DNA from: Dehalococcoidia bacterium
GTDB taxonomy: Bacteria > Chloroflexota > Dehalococcoidia > UBA2979
DNA: 64,000 bases
Reading direction: 5' to 3'
NCBI GenBank assembly: GCA_965219085.1
Contig: OZ244720.1
Span: 480,001-544,000 of the forward strand
Part shown: piece by piece, positions 50,016 to 58,566 of the stretch
How positions within the stretch are numbered: the stretch's first letter is position 1
Layout: the number at the start of each line of letters is the position of its first letter
Program-made: the position numbers and the translations under genes
The notes under the pieces: model-generated
Told to the model about the DNA's origin: nothing
Seen by the model: only the letters and a program-made list of their open reading frames with translations
The model's database searches: none

Positions 50016-50387
50016 TCAGGCGTCGAGGGCTCGGAGCATGCGCTTCAGGGCCTGCATCCGGTAACTGTCGACGAGGTGTTCCTCGATCTCATCCCAGTCG
50101 ATCGGCTCGGTGAGGGGCAGCGTGAGCCAGCCGTGGTGGTGCATGTACGGGGTGGGGAAGTAGCGCCCGTCCTCGAGCAGCAGCTCGCGTGCGAACGGGT
50201 CGGCGCGGAACGAGACGCCCGGCACACCGTCGCTGACGCCGAAGATGGCGAACGGCTTCTTGCCGGCGCGGAACCACGGGTTGCCGAAGTTGATGGTCTC
50301 GCCCGCCTCGGGCAGCGCGAGGCAGATCGCGCGCAGCTCGTCCAGCAACTCGTCCCAGGGCTCCTCATCGAGTCGTTCGTGGACCAT
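50016..50387 (-). CDS. MmcQ/YjbR family DNA-binding protein
   Basis: CLALPEA, GKKPFA, PYMHHHGW, DWDEI...DSY. Confidence 0.85.
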   Translation of the reverse strand: MVHERLDEEPWDELLDELRAICLALPEAGETINFGNPWFRAGKKPFAIFGVSDGVPGVSFRADPFARELLLEDGRYFPTPYMHHHGWLTLPLTEPIDWDEIEEHLVDSYRMQALKRMLRALDA

Positions 50388-50429
50388 GCGCCGATGCTAC
50401 CTGGCGCCGGTAGGCGTGGCACGCAACGA

Positions 50430-50456
50430 CGGAGGCCCGCCGACGGTGGGCCTCCG
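50430..50456 (-). terminator. Probable intrinsic terminator after the HAD gene
   Basis: CGGAGGCCCGCC-gac-GGTGGGCCTCCG stem followed by TCGTT on the minus strand. Confidence 0.5.
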
Positions 50457-50479
50457 AGCGCGCGGATCGATGTCCGGAG

Positions 50480-50839
50480 CTATTCCGAGTTGGTGAACTC
50501 CAGCCAGGGCTCGAGTTCGGCCTCGGTGTGCCACCAGAAGCCGAAGTCGTTCTCCTTCGCGGCGCTTTCGTCCGTGTCGCGGTCGCCCATGTGGTAGTAG
50601 GCCTCGGCTTCGTCGAACTGTGCCTTGACCAACCCGAGCTGGTGCTTCGAGGCGACGAAGTCGGGCTCGATGTCGAGCGACGCCCACATGCGGCGCTGGC
50701 TGCTGAGCGGCCGGTCAGAGCAGCTGCCGACGATGAAGCCGAGGTCAATCGCCCGCCGGACCATCTCGATGGTGACGCCGCCGGGAGGATCTCCCAGTTC
50801 GAGCGTTCCGTCGATGTCAAAGCTCAGTAGGATCGCCAC
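50480..50839 (-). CDS. Small HAD-family hydrolase
   Basis: FDIDGT, CSDR, K, GDRDTD motifs. Confidence 0.85.
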   Translation of the reverse strand: MAILLSFDIDGTLELGDPPGGVTIEMVRRAIDLGFIVGSCSDRPLSSQRRMWASLDIEPDFVASKHQLGLVKAQFDEAEAYYHMGDRDTDESAAKENDFGFWWHTEAELEPWLEFTNSE

Positions 50840-50959
50840 TCAACACTCCCTGCCCTCGCGCACGTCGGACGAGTATCCCTAAGGAACCCGTAGGTCGCAA
50901 ACGGGGCGCGCCCCGATGTAGCGGAGCGCGCCCCGAATATCGTCGCCGAGAAACCGGCC

Positions 50960-52255
50960 CTAGTCGGGGCTGGTGCTGAACGCGATCGCCGCGGCATTGC
51001 TCGGGAGCACGCCGATCGTGACGGCGACCTCGGCCTTGATGTCGACCTGGCGGTCGCCGGCGCGGCCCTGCAGCTGCTCCATCGGGTCGGTGATGAAGAC
51101 CGTGCGCATGCGCCCCGTGCCCATGTTGCCGCCGCCCGAGTTGAGCGGGTTCGGCCCCTTGAGCGAGATGTCGTCGGCGTAGAAGTCGTGGGCTTCGCCA
51201 CGCTGCACCCCGCGCCACCCGAAGGCCTCGAGGAAGTACTGCGTGAACACCGCGAAGCCGTCGTACGGCGCGAACACGTCGATGTCCTCGGGCCGCAGAC
51301 CGGAGCCCGCGTACGACCGCTTTGCCTGGATGTCCGTCCACGCCTCGGTGTCGTCGAGGGTCTGGACCAGGCTGCGCGGCGTGAACGCGCTCTCGGTGTG
51401 GTCGAGGATGTAGACGGGCGTCTGCTTCATGTCCTTCGCGCGCTCGGCGGTGGTGATGATGTAGCAGGCGCCCGCCTGCACGGGCCGGTCGCAGTCGAAG
51501 ATGCTGAGATCGCGGGCGATCCAGCGGCCGTTGAGGTAGTCCTCGGTCGTGAACGGGCCCGGCTCGTGCTGCGCGTAGTAGCTGTAGGGCCAGAGCAGGC
51601 CGTTGGCGTGCTCCTGCACGACGAACGGCGCCATGCGCTCGTGGTTCGTCCCGTACTTGCGTCCGTACTGCTCGAAGACGAAGCCCTGACCGGACAGTCC
51701 CCAGCCCCACGGGCTCGACCATTGCGCGGGTCCGGGCGCGTCGAGGCTCGGGTTCTGGTGGTAGCGGCCCTCGATGTTGCCGTTCGGGTAGGGGACCAGG
51801 CAGACCTCGCAGCGGCCGTCGCCGACGGCCTGCGCGGCGAGGCCGATCAGGTTCCACACGGTCTCGCCGTGGGAGTTCAGGTAGGTGACGTTCTGCAGGT
51901 TCATCTGCTTCTGCACCCACTCCGCCGTCACGTACGTGAGGCCGTCCTCGCTGTCGTACGGGGCGTCGAAGAAGGGCCGCAGCGGCCCCCACTGCGAGCC
52001 GAGGCTCATGTGGGCGGGCTGCCCGCCGGCCGAGGTGACGATGCCGTCGATGTCGTCAGGTGTGATGCCGGCGTCGTCCATCGCGGCGCGGGCAGCCTCG
52101 ACGACGTAGGCGCCCAGCGACCTTTCCATGCTGACGCCGTCCCAGCGGCGGTCGGTGTTCTTCGTGTGGCCCGCGCCCGCGAGCACCACCTTGCCGCGGT
52201 GCTCCCAGATGCCGACCGGATCCTCGTTGCGCTCCCAGTGAATCGCGCGTGCCAT
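50960..52255 (-). CDS. Thiolase-fold (Ltp2/SCP2-like) protein
   Basis: AAMDDAGITPDDIDG, FDCD, PYDGF, LEAFG, QLQGRAGDRQV; next to a DUF35 gene. Confidence 0.88.
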   Translation of the reverse strand: MARAIHWERNEDPVGIWEHRGKVVLAGAGHTKNTDRRWDGVSMERSLGAYVVEAARAAMDDAGITPDDIDGIVTSAGGQPAHMSLGSQWGPLRPFFDAPYDSEDGLTYVTAEWVQKQMNLQNVTYLNSHGETVWNLIGLAAQAVGDGRCEVCLVPYPNGNIEGRYHQNPSLDAPGPAQWSSPWGWGLSGQGFVFEQYGRKYGTNHERMAPFVVQEHANGLLWPYSYYAQHEPGPFTTEDYLNGRWIARDLSIFDCDRPVQAGACYIITTAERAKDMKQTPVYILDHTESAFTPRSLVQTLDDTEAWTDIQAKRSYAGSGLRPEDIDVFAPYDGFAVFTQYFLEAFGWRGVQRGEAHDFYADDISLKGPNPLNSGGGNMGTGRMRTVFITDPMEQLQGRAGDRQVDIKAEVAVTIGVLPSNAAAIAFSTSPD

Positions 52256-52317
52256 GACTTGTGTCCTCCTGCGCTGCGTCTTTGCGTTGCGTGGTCCCGG
52301 CTGGCGGGCCGCTAGCT

Positions 52318-52728
52318 TTACTCGACGACCTTCCACTCCGGGATGAGCTGATCCGCGGAGACCTCGATAAAGTCGACCTCGACGGTTGCCCCAACGGGGA
52401 CCTCGCCGACGGGGACGCCGGGGAGGTTGGAGAAGAAGTTGATCTCGGGGTCTTCCTCGAGGGCCACGACGGCGTTGTTGAACGGCTGCTCTTCCTGCCA
52501 CGCCATGATCCGCGAGTCGTACGTGATCGAGTAGCCGACGATGGTGCCGCGGCCGCTGGTCTCCTGCCACTCGAGGTGGAACTGCCAGCCGCATTCGCGG
52601 CAGGTCGCCTCGGGCGGGTGTTGGTTGCGCTCGCACATGGTGCAGCGCTGGATGATGAGCCGGCGCTCGTTGCAGGCGTCCCAGAACGGCTTGCTGATGG
52701 CGTCCGCCACCGGAATCGGTCGAGGCAT
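52318..52728 (-). CDS. Zn-ribbon/OB-fold protein (DUF35, ChsH2-like)
   Basis: PFWD, QRCTMC..HPP..CREC, SGRGTI, VGATVEVDF. Confidence 0.9.
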   Translation of the reverse strand: MPRPIPVADAISKPFWDACNERRLIIQRCTMCERNQHPPEATCRECGWQFHLEWQETSGRGTIVGYSITYDSRIMAWQEEQPFNNAVVALEEDPEINFFSNLPGVPVGEVPVGATVEVDFIEVSADQLIPEWKVVE

Positions 52729-52841
52729 GCTGCCCTCCTCGCTCGCTAGTACGTGCGAGGGTACAGCGCCGCAAGGGGTCGCGTCACATCGTCGAAGTGG
52801 TGACTGAGATCAGGCAGGCGTCACGCCCACGGTGTTCGAAG

Positions 52842-53062
52842 TCAGGCGGGGAGGACCCTGGCTTCGTACAGGTCCATTCGAGGGTCGCGCGTGACGAGCA
52901 GCAGGTTGTGGGCGAGCGCCTGGGCGATCAGCATCCGGTCGAACGGATCCCGATGGTGATCCGGCAGAGAGCCGGCCATGCGGGCGTCGGCGTGGGTGAT
53001 CGGGAGCGGCTCGAAGCCATCCGGGTGCAGGTCAAAGATGGCATCGTAGACGCTCAGCAGTC
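52842..53062 (-). pseudogene. PIN/VapC toxin remnant (C-terminal half only)
   Basis: LPITHADA...LPDHHRDPFDRMLIAQA...LVTRD; N-terminal DTH motif absent. Confidence 0.75.
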
Positions 53063-53260
53063 GGCCTGCCCGCCACCCCGAACGTCGAGGTTCCCCTCGA
53101 AGGCGGCGATGATGTCCTCGGGCGTGTCGTCGAAGTCCGGGTCGATCCGGATCTTTCCTGCCAGGCGGCCCGGCGTCCGGCGCTGCTGCGGCTTCGGGTG
53201 CGGCGCCAGCCGGCTTATCAGCTTGTCGGCCGTGCCCATCACCAACTCTTCCCGGGTCAT
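53054..53260 (-). pseudogene. Phd/YefM antitoxin remnant (N-terminus missing)
   Basis: EELVM...RL.P...RTPGRLAGKIRIDPDFDD.PEDIIAAFEG. Confidence 0.65.
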
Positions 53261-53286
53261 CCGTCACACCCCCTGGCGGTCGATGG

Positions 53287-53844
53287 CTACTCGCGGTAGT
53301 CCGACAGTTGCACGATCCGGGCCTCATGGCCGTTCTCGTCTGTCTCCATGATCCCGACCATGCCCAACTCGCGGCGCTGGCGGGGGAGCGTCGGGCTGCC
53401 CGGGTTGACGAACAGGATGCCCTGGTGCCGCTCGACCATCGGGATGTGCGTGTCGCCGAAGACGACCGCCTCGACGCGTTCGCCGAAGAAGTGCTCCAGG
53501 TAGTCGGCCAGTGGCTCGTCATCGCCGACCTGGCGCTCCATGACGCCGGGCGCCACCTCGAAGCCGTGGCCCAGGATCACGAGGTCATGCACCAGCCCGA
53601 CCGGACGCCCGCCGACGTCGACGACGCGCTTGCGGGCGACCCGCGGATCGCCGAAGCATGGCGCGGGCGGCACCTCCACCGCGAGCACGGGCGCGATCTG
53701 CTCCAGCCAGTCCAGGCACATCGAGGAGTAGATGTCACCCGCGTGCAGGATCAGGTCTACGTCCGCGAATGCGAGCGCGACCTCCTCGGGCGGGTGCTTA
53801 CCCATCGCCGGGGAGTGCGTGTCCGAGATCAGGCCAGTCTTCAC
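53287..53844 (-). CDS. Metallophosphoesterase (YfcE-like)
   Basis: ISDTH, HAGD, FGDTH, NPGSPT. Confidence 0.88.
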   Translation of the reverse strand: MKTGLISDTHSPAMGKHPPEEVALAFADVDLILHAGDIYSSMCLDWLEQIAPVLAVEVPPAPCFGDPRVARKRVVDVGGRPVGLVHDLVILGHGFEVAPGVMERQVGDDEPLADYLEHFFGERVEAVVFGDTHIPMVERHQGILFVNPGSPTLPRQRRELGMVGIMETDENGHEARIVQLSDYRE

Positions 53845-53953
53845 TGTGGCTCCTTACCGGGCCGCCGGCGCGTGGGTCTTGCAGTCCCCCACGAGGGCGG
53901 CCGTCCGCTCGCGGGTAGCTTCGCGTCCCGCGGGCGGACGCGCCACCGTCCCG

Positions 53954-54478
53954 CTACGCGTCCGGGAAGTCGTCGGCGTCGCGAATCGACCGGAACTGGT
54001 TGACGTGGTCGACGTCGTGGATGCGCTGGAAGATGTACCAGGCGCGGCAGTGCAGGTCGCCGAAGTTGCCGTGCGGGTGCGTCGGCTCCAGGTTGGCATC
54101 CTCGGGCAGCGCGGCCGCCAGCGTCCCGTACTGCGTGCCATTGCGCATCAGCTCGTCGCGCAGCTCCCCGAACGACAGCTCGGCGGGGTCCACCTCGTCG
54201 GCGGTGTCCGAGACCGTGACGCCCGAGAGGCGCTCGACGATGTGGAGCGTGGAGCGCGTGACGGCGATCTCGTGCCGGAGGCCTTCCATGATCGTCCACT
54301 CGTCGGCGGATGTTCGCGCCTCCGCCTGCTCGGCGGTGACGCCGTCGAGGGTCGCGATCAGGTCAAGGCGCGGGCGCGCCACGCGTGGCCACAGTTCGAG
54401 CCAGGAGTACTTCTCGCCCTGCCCTCGCAGGTAGTTGTGGACGTTGCGCTGTTCTTCGGTCAGTTCCATCGTGGTCAT
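53954..54478 (-). CDS. DinB family protein
   Basis: EWTIMEGLRH, HPHGNFG, HDVDH. Confidence 0.82.
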   Translation of the reverse strand: MTTMELTEEQRNVHNYLRGQGEKYSWLELWPRVARPRLDLIATLDGVTAEQAEARTSADEWTIMEGLRHEIAVTRSTLHIVERLSGVTVSDTADEVDPAELSFGELRDELMRNGTQYGTLAAALPEDANLEPTHPHGNFGDLHCRAWYIFQRIHDVDHVNQFRSIRDADDFPDA

Positions 54479-54579
54479 GGCAGTCTCCAGTAAACCGCTG
54501 AACGCGGGCGTGTGCCGCCCGCTTGTGCTGGCGCACTGATTCTAACCGCCCCGGAGCGCGTTCGTGCGAGGCGCGGTGT

Positions 54580-55623
54580 CTACCCGGCCACCTCGGCTTC
54601 CACCGCGGCGTTCAGGTCGAGCAGGCGGCCGAGGTCGTTCAGCATCTCGTCGATGTTGTCGCCGCGCAGGCCCACGCGCAGCGAGTCGATGCCGACGTCG
54701 CGGTACGCGCGGAGCCGCACCTTGATGTTCTCATCGTCGCCCAGCAGGTTGGTCTGGAGCGCGAGCGGGATCGGCACCAGGTCCTGCGCCTCGGCGCGTT
54801 GGCCGTTGATCCACAGCCGATGCACCTCGCGCACCTCCTCGAAGCCCTGCCGCGCGAACGCCTCGACGTAGAAGTTGCGGCCCGGCTCGCCCATCGCCCC
54901 GAACGTGAACGCGTAGCCGATGGCGTGCCGCTTCGCCAGCGCGTCGAGGTCGTCGTCGAACTCGAGGGTCACGGGGACCTGGAGTTCGAGGTCGTCGAGC
55001 GAGCGGCCGACGGACTCGGCGCCGGCCCGGATGTGGTCGAGGAATGCGCCGGCGGTCTCCGGCACGAAGCAGTTACCGATCCAGCCGTCGCAGAGCTCGC
55101 CGGTCATGCGCAGGTTCTGCGGGCCGACCGAGGCGACGTAGATGGGGAGGCGTCGTGCGCCGGCGCGGGTGCGCATCGGGCGCAACTCGTCGCGCAGCGG
55201 AATCTGGTGGATCTCGCCGTTGTAGACCACGCGCTCGCCGCTCTCGACGAGGCGGATGATCTCGATCAGCTCGCGCGAGCGGCGGATCGGGCGGGCGAAG
55301 GCGACGCCGTCCCATGCCTCCATGATCTGCGGCGTGCTGGTGCCGAGACCGAGCACGAAGCGGTCGTTGGTCATCGAGGCGAGCGCCATGGCGGTGCCCG
55401 CGGTCAGCGCCGGGCTGCGCGCGCCGATCTTCATGATGCTGGTGCCGAGGCGGATGGTGGAGGTCTGGCCGGCGAGGTAGGCGAGCGACGTGGCGCCGTC
55501 GAAGCCCCACGCCTCGCCGCTCCAGACGGAGTCGGCGCCGAGGCGTTCGGCCTCAAGCGTGAATGCGAGCGCGCTCTCCCAGTCATCGGGCGCGTTTCGA
55601 TGGAGGCCGACGCCAATCCGCAT
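54580..55623 (-). CDS. LLM-class (luciferase-like, probably F420/flavin-dependent) oxidoreductase
   Basis: AERLGADSVWSGEAWG, IRLGTSI, RFVLGLGTS, GPQNLRMTGELCDGW. Confidence 0.92.
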   Translation of the reverse strand: MRIGVGLHRNAPDDWESALAFTLEAERLGADSVWSGEAWGFDGATSLAYLAGQTSTIRLGTSIMKIGARSPALTAGTAMALASMTNDRFVLGLGTSTPQIMEAWDGVAFARPIRRSRELIEIIRLVESGERVVYNGEIHQIPLRDELRPMRTRAGARRLPIYVASVGPQNLRMTGELCDGWIGNCFVPETAGAFLDHIRAGAESVGRSLDDLELQVPVTLEFDDDLDALAKRHAIGYAFTFGAMGEPGRNFYVEAFARQGFEEVREVHRLWINGQRAEAQDLVPIPLALQTNLLGDDENIKVRLRAYRDVGIDSLRVGLRGDNIDEMLNDLGRLLDLNAAVEAEVAG

Positions 55624-55816
55624 AGCTGGCTCCTGACTGCAATCGAGGGTGCTCGCGGCGATGATACAGGCGTCGCGCGGCGGCTGCGTCGGTGGCCCCC
55701 CCGTCTCACTCGTGTCGAGCGTTGTCTGGTTGACGCCCACCTCCGAGCCAGTCCACGGATGATCCTCGGCAGCATACCTGACGAAACCTCGATAAACCTC
55801 GCACTACCTCCAGAGC

Positions 55817-55835
55817 GTAGGTTGCACTAATATGA
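55817..55835 (+). promoter_or_regulatory. Possible DtxR/IdeR-type iron box
   Basis: GTAGGTTGCACTAATATGA matches 12/19 of TTAGGTTAGCCTAACCTAA, in the AT-rich promoter of an Fe-binding protein. Confidence 0.45.
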
Positions 55836-55913
55836 GTAAGTAGTCTCTACTGTGTTGTGACAAGAGTCAGAGCACGCCGTGCAGAGCGGCGACACGTATC
55901 TGGGTGGGTAGTC

Positions 55914-56981
55914 ATGACATTGAAAGTAGCCGAGTCGAACCTACTGCGCAGCCTGAGGCCGCGCGTGCTGCGGCGCGCCGCGCTCGGGTTGCTCATCGTG
56001 GGCTCCATCGCCGTAGCTGCGTTCCTGGTCGCGAGTTGCGGCGAAGACGATCAGACGGTCACGGTCTACTCGGGTCGCAGCGAGGCGCTGATTGGCCCGG
56101 TGCTTGAGCAGTTCGCGGAGGAGACCGGCATCGAAGTGGCTGTCCGCTACGCAGGTACGGCCGAACTCGCCACGCTGTTGATCGAGGAAGGTGACCGCTC
56201 GCCCGCCGACGTCTACATCGCCCAGGACGCGGGCGGACTCGGCGCGGTGCAGGCGGCGGGACTGTTCGCGGAACTCGACGAGGCAGTCCTCGAGCGAGTG
56301 GCGTCCGCCTACCGTTCCCGCGAGGGCCAGTGGGTCGGACTGTCGGGCCGTGTACGGGTCGTGGTCTACAACACGGACGCCGTGGATCCTTCGGAGCTAC
56401 CGGACTCGATCCTCGGCTTCACCGACCCGAAGTGGAAGGGGCGCATCGGCTGGGCGCCCACGAACGGCTCGTTCCAGGCCTTTGTGACGGCGTTGCGCGT
56501 CCACCTTGGCGAGGCGGGAGCGCGCGCGTGGCTCGAGGGCATCCTCGCGAACGATCCCGTCGAGTACCCGAAGAACACCCCCATCGTCGAGGCGGCGGGA
56601 CGGGGCGAGATCGACGTGGGGTTCGTGAACCACTACTACCTGCATCGCTTCCTTGCGGCGGAGGGGGAGGGTTTCAGCGCGCGCAACCACTACACGGGGC
56701 CGGGAGACGTCGGCACGCTTGTGAACGTGGCGGGCGCCGGCGTGCTGCGCAGCTCGCAGTCCCCTGATGCGGCGCAGCGCTTGATTGAGTTCCTGCTGAG
56801 CGAGGCTGCCCAGCGCCACTTCGCTGAGGAGAACGCGGAATACCCCCTGGTCGCCTCGGCGCCGGCGAGCGCAGATCTCCCGTCGATCGCCGCGCTTGAG
56901 CCGCCGCCGATTGACCTGAGCCGTCTCGAGGACATCGCGGGCACGCTGGAGCTGCTCCGCTCAGTGGGCGTGCTGCCGTAG
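55914..56981 (+). CDS. Fe(III) ABC transporter substrate-binding lipoprotein (FutA/AfuA-like)
   Basis: Lipobox LVASC, VYSGRSE, EGDRSPADV, NHYY iron ligands, EYP. Confidence 0.9.
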   Translation: MTLKVAESNLLRSLRPRVLRRAALGLLIVGSIAVAAFLVASCGEDDQTVTVYSGRSEALIGPVLEQFAEETGIEVAVRYAGTAELATLLIEEGDRSPADVYIAQDAGGLGAVQAAGLFAELDEAVLERVASAYRSREGQWVGLSGRVRVVVYNTDAVDPSELPDSILGFTDPKWKGRIGWAPTNGSFQAFVTALRVHLGEAGARAWLEGILANDPVEYPKNTPIVEAAGRGEIDVGFVNHYYLHRFLAAEGEGFSARNHYTGPGDVGTLVNVAGAGVLRSSQSPDAAQRLIEFLLSEAAQRHFAEENAEYPLVASAPASADLPSIAALEPPPIDLSRLEDIAGTLELLRSVGVLP

Positions 56982-57140
56982 TCGGCGCGATCCGGCGGGC
57001 AGCGCGCCGGCGCCCGCCCGGATCAGGTTGGCGGCAGGCGCGGCTTCGTGGGGTTGAGCGCGGCGCGGCGGCTCTCGGCCACCCAGCACGGCGACACCGG
57101 GTTGCGGGTGACGGGGATGGCGGCTATGTTCCCGCTGGAA

Positions 57141-57152
57141 CCCCCCCCCCCC
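57141..57152 (+). repeat. C12 homopolymer in intergenic region
   Basis: 12 consecutive C upstream of the Na/Pi cotransporter. Confidence 0.85.
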
Positions 57153-57318
57153 GCAAGCACCGGACGCTGTGGTACGAACGTCGCGCGATCCGGTGCGGCG
57201 TGGGTGGAGGAAGAGACCTGCAACTCACCGCCCGAGTGTCGAGTCGTATGCCGCGCATACATCTTCGGCACGTCTGCGAGAGCCGCGGTCCCGGACCACT
57301 GGGTCGCCAAGGGGGGCC

Positions 57319-58458
57319 TTGAACAAGCTGCTGTCGACTCAGGGGAGGACGCTCCCGCGTCCCATTCGGGCGGCTCTTGTCGCGGTGATGCTGTATTTCT
57401 TTCTCGCCGGCGTCGCGGCGCTCGAACGGGGCATCAATCGACTCGGGGCCGATTTCCAGCACGAGCTGCTCGCGAGCGTGGACAACCCGCTGGCCGGCTT
57501 GTTCGCGGGGCTCCTCGCGACCGTGCTGGTGCAGTCCTCATCCGTGTCAACCTCGACGATCGTCGGGTTGGTGGGCGCGGGCGCGCTCACGGTGGACGCC
57601 GCCGTGCCGATGGTCCTCGGGGCGAACATCGGCACCACGATCACCGCCGCCCTGGCGTCGCTTGGATCGATCACCAGGACCGATGAGTTCCGGCGTGCGT
57701 TCGCGGCAGCGACCCAGCACGACTTCTTCAACATCATTGCGGTCGCCATCCTCCTGCCGTTGCAACTCACCACGGGATTCCTCTCGAATTCGGCGTCCTG
57801 GCTCGCCGACCAACTCGGCGGGAACATTGGCGGGGGCAAGACGCGCAGCCCTCTGAAGGAACTCGTCCGGGAGCCCGTGAACCAGATCGAGGCGCTGGTC
57901 GGCAGCATCGTCGATAGCGATCGTGTGTTGGGAGTGGTGTTGCTCGCGTTCGGGCTGCTGCTGATATTCGGGGCCCTGGCGTTCCTCACCATCAACCTGC
58001 GGCGATTGTTCGCCGAACGGATGGAGCGCTCGATCAACACAGCCGTCGCCCGTGGCAGCGGGCTTGTCGGGATGGGGATCGGAACCGTTACGACCATCGC
58101 CGTACAGTCATCCAGCATCACGACGTCGATGCTGATCCCGCTGGTCGGATCGAGAGTCCTGACCCTGCGCAACGCCTTCCCGATCACGCTCGGGGCCAAC
58201 CTCGGCACCACGGTTACCGCGCTCGTTGCGTCGCTGGCGGTCGACTTGCGCGCGGGCCTGGTGGTGGCGCTCACGCACACGTTGTTCAACATCACGGGGA
58301 TAGCACTCATCTACCCAGTGCCTGCGATTCGCGAGGTGCCGATCCGGCTCGCCGAGGGGCTCTCGAGTGTCGCGGCAACGCGGCCCCTGCTGGTCGCGGG
58401 GTACGTCGGCGGAACGTTCATCGTCATTCCGCTGCTTGGGATCATTCTCCTGCGGTAG
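57319..58458 (+). CDS. Na+/Pi cotransporter (NptA/SLC34 family)
   Basis: Two QSSS...GAN(I/L)GTT repeats, HDFFN; start uncertain (TTG 57319). Confidence 0.9.
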   Translation: MNKLLSTQGRTLPRPIRAALVAVMLYFFLAGVAALERGINRLGADFQHELLASVDNPLAGLFAGLLATVLVQSSSVSTSTIVGLVGAGALTVDAAVPMVLGANIGTTITAALASLGSITRTDEFRRAFAAATQHDFFNIIAVAILLPLQLTTGFLSNSASWLADQLGGNIGGGKTRSPLKELVREPVNQIEALVGSIVDSDRVLGVVLLAFGLLLIFGALAFLTINLRRLFAERMERSINTAVARGSGLVGMGIGTVTTIAVQSSSITTSMLIPLVGSRVLTLRNAFPITLGANLGTTVTALVASLAVDLRAGLVVALTHTLFNITGIALIYPVPAIREVPIRLAEGLSSVAATRPLLVAGYVGGTFIVIPLLGIILLR

Positions 58459-58566
58459 CGCTCGATCGCGGGTGCTAACGGGCGCTGTGGGTGACGGCGA
58501 GCCACGGAGCCCGGCGGCATGGCGTGCCCGCATCGATCGCCGCGGGCGGACAGCGCCCGCGCCTGC

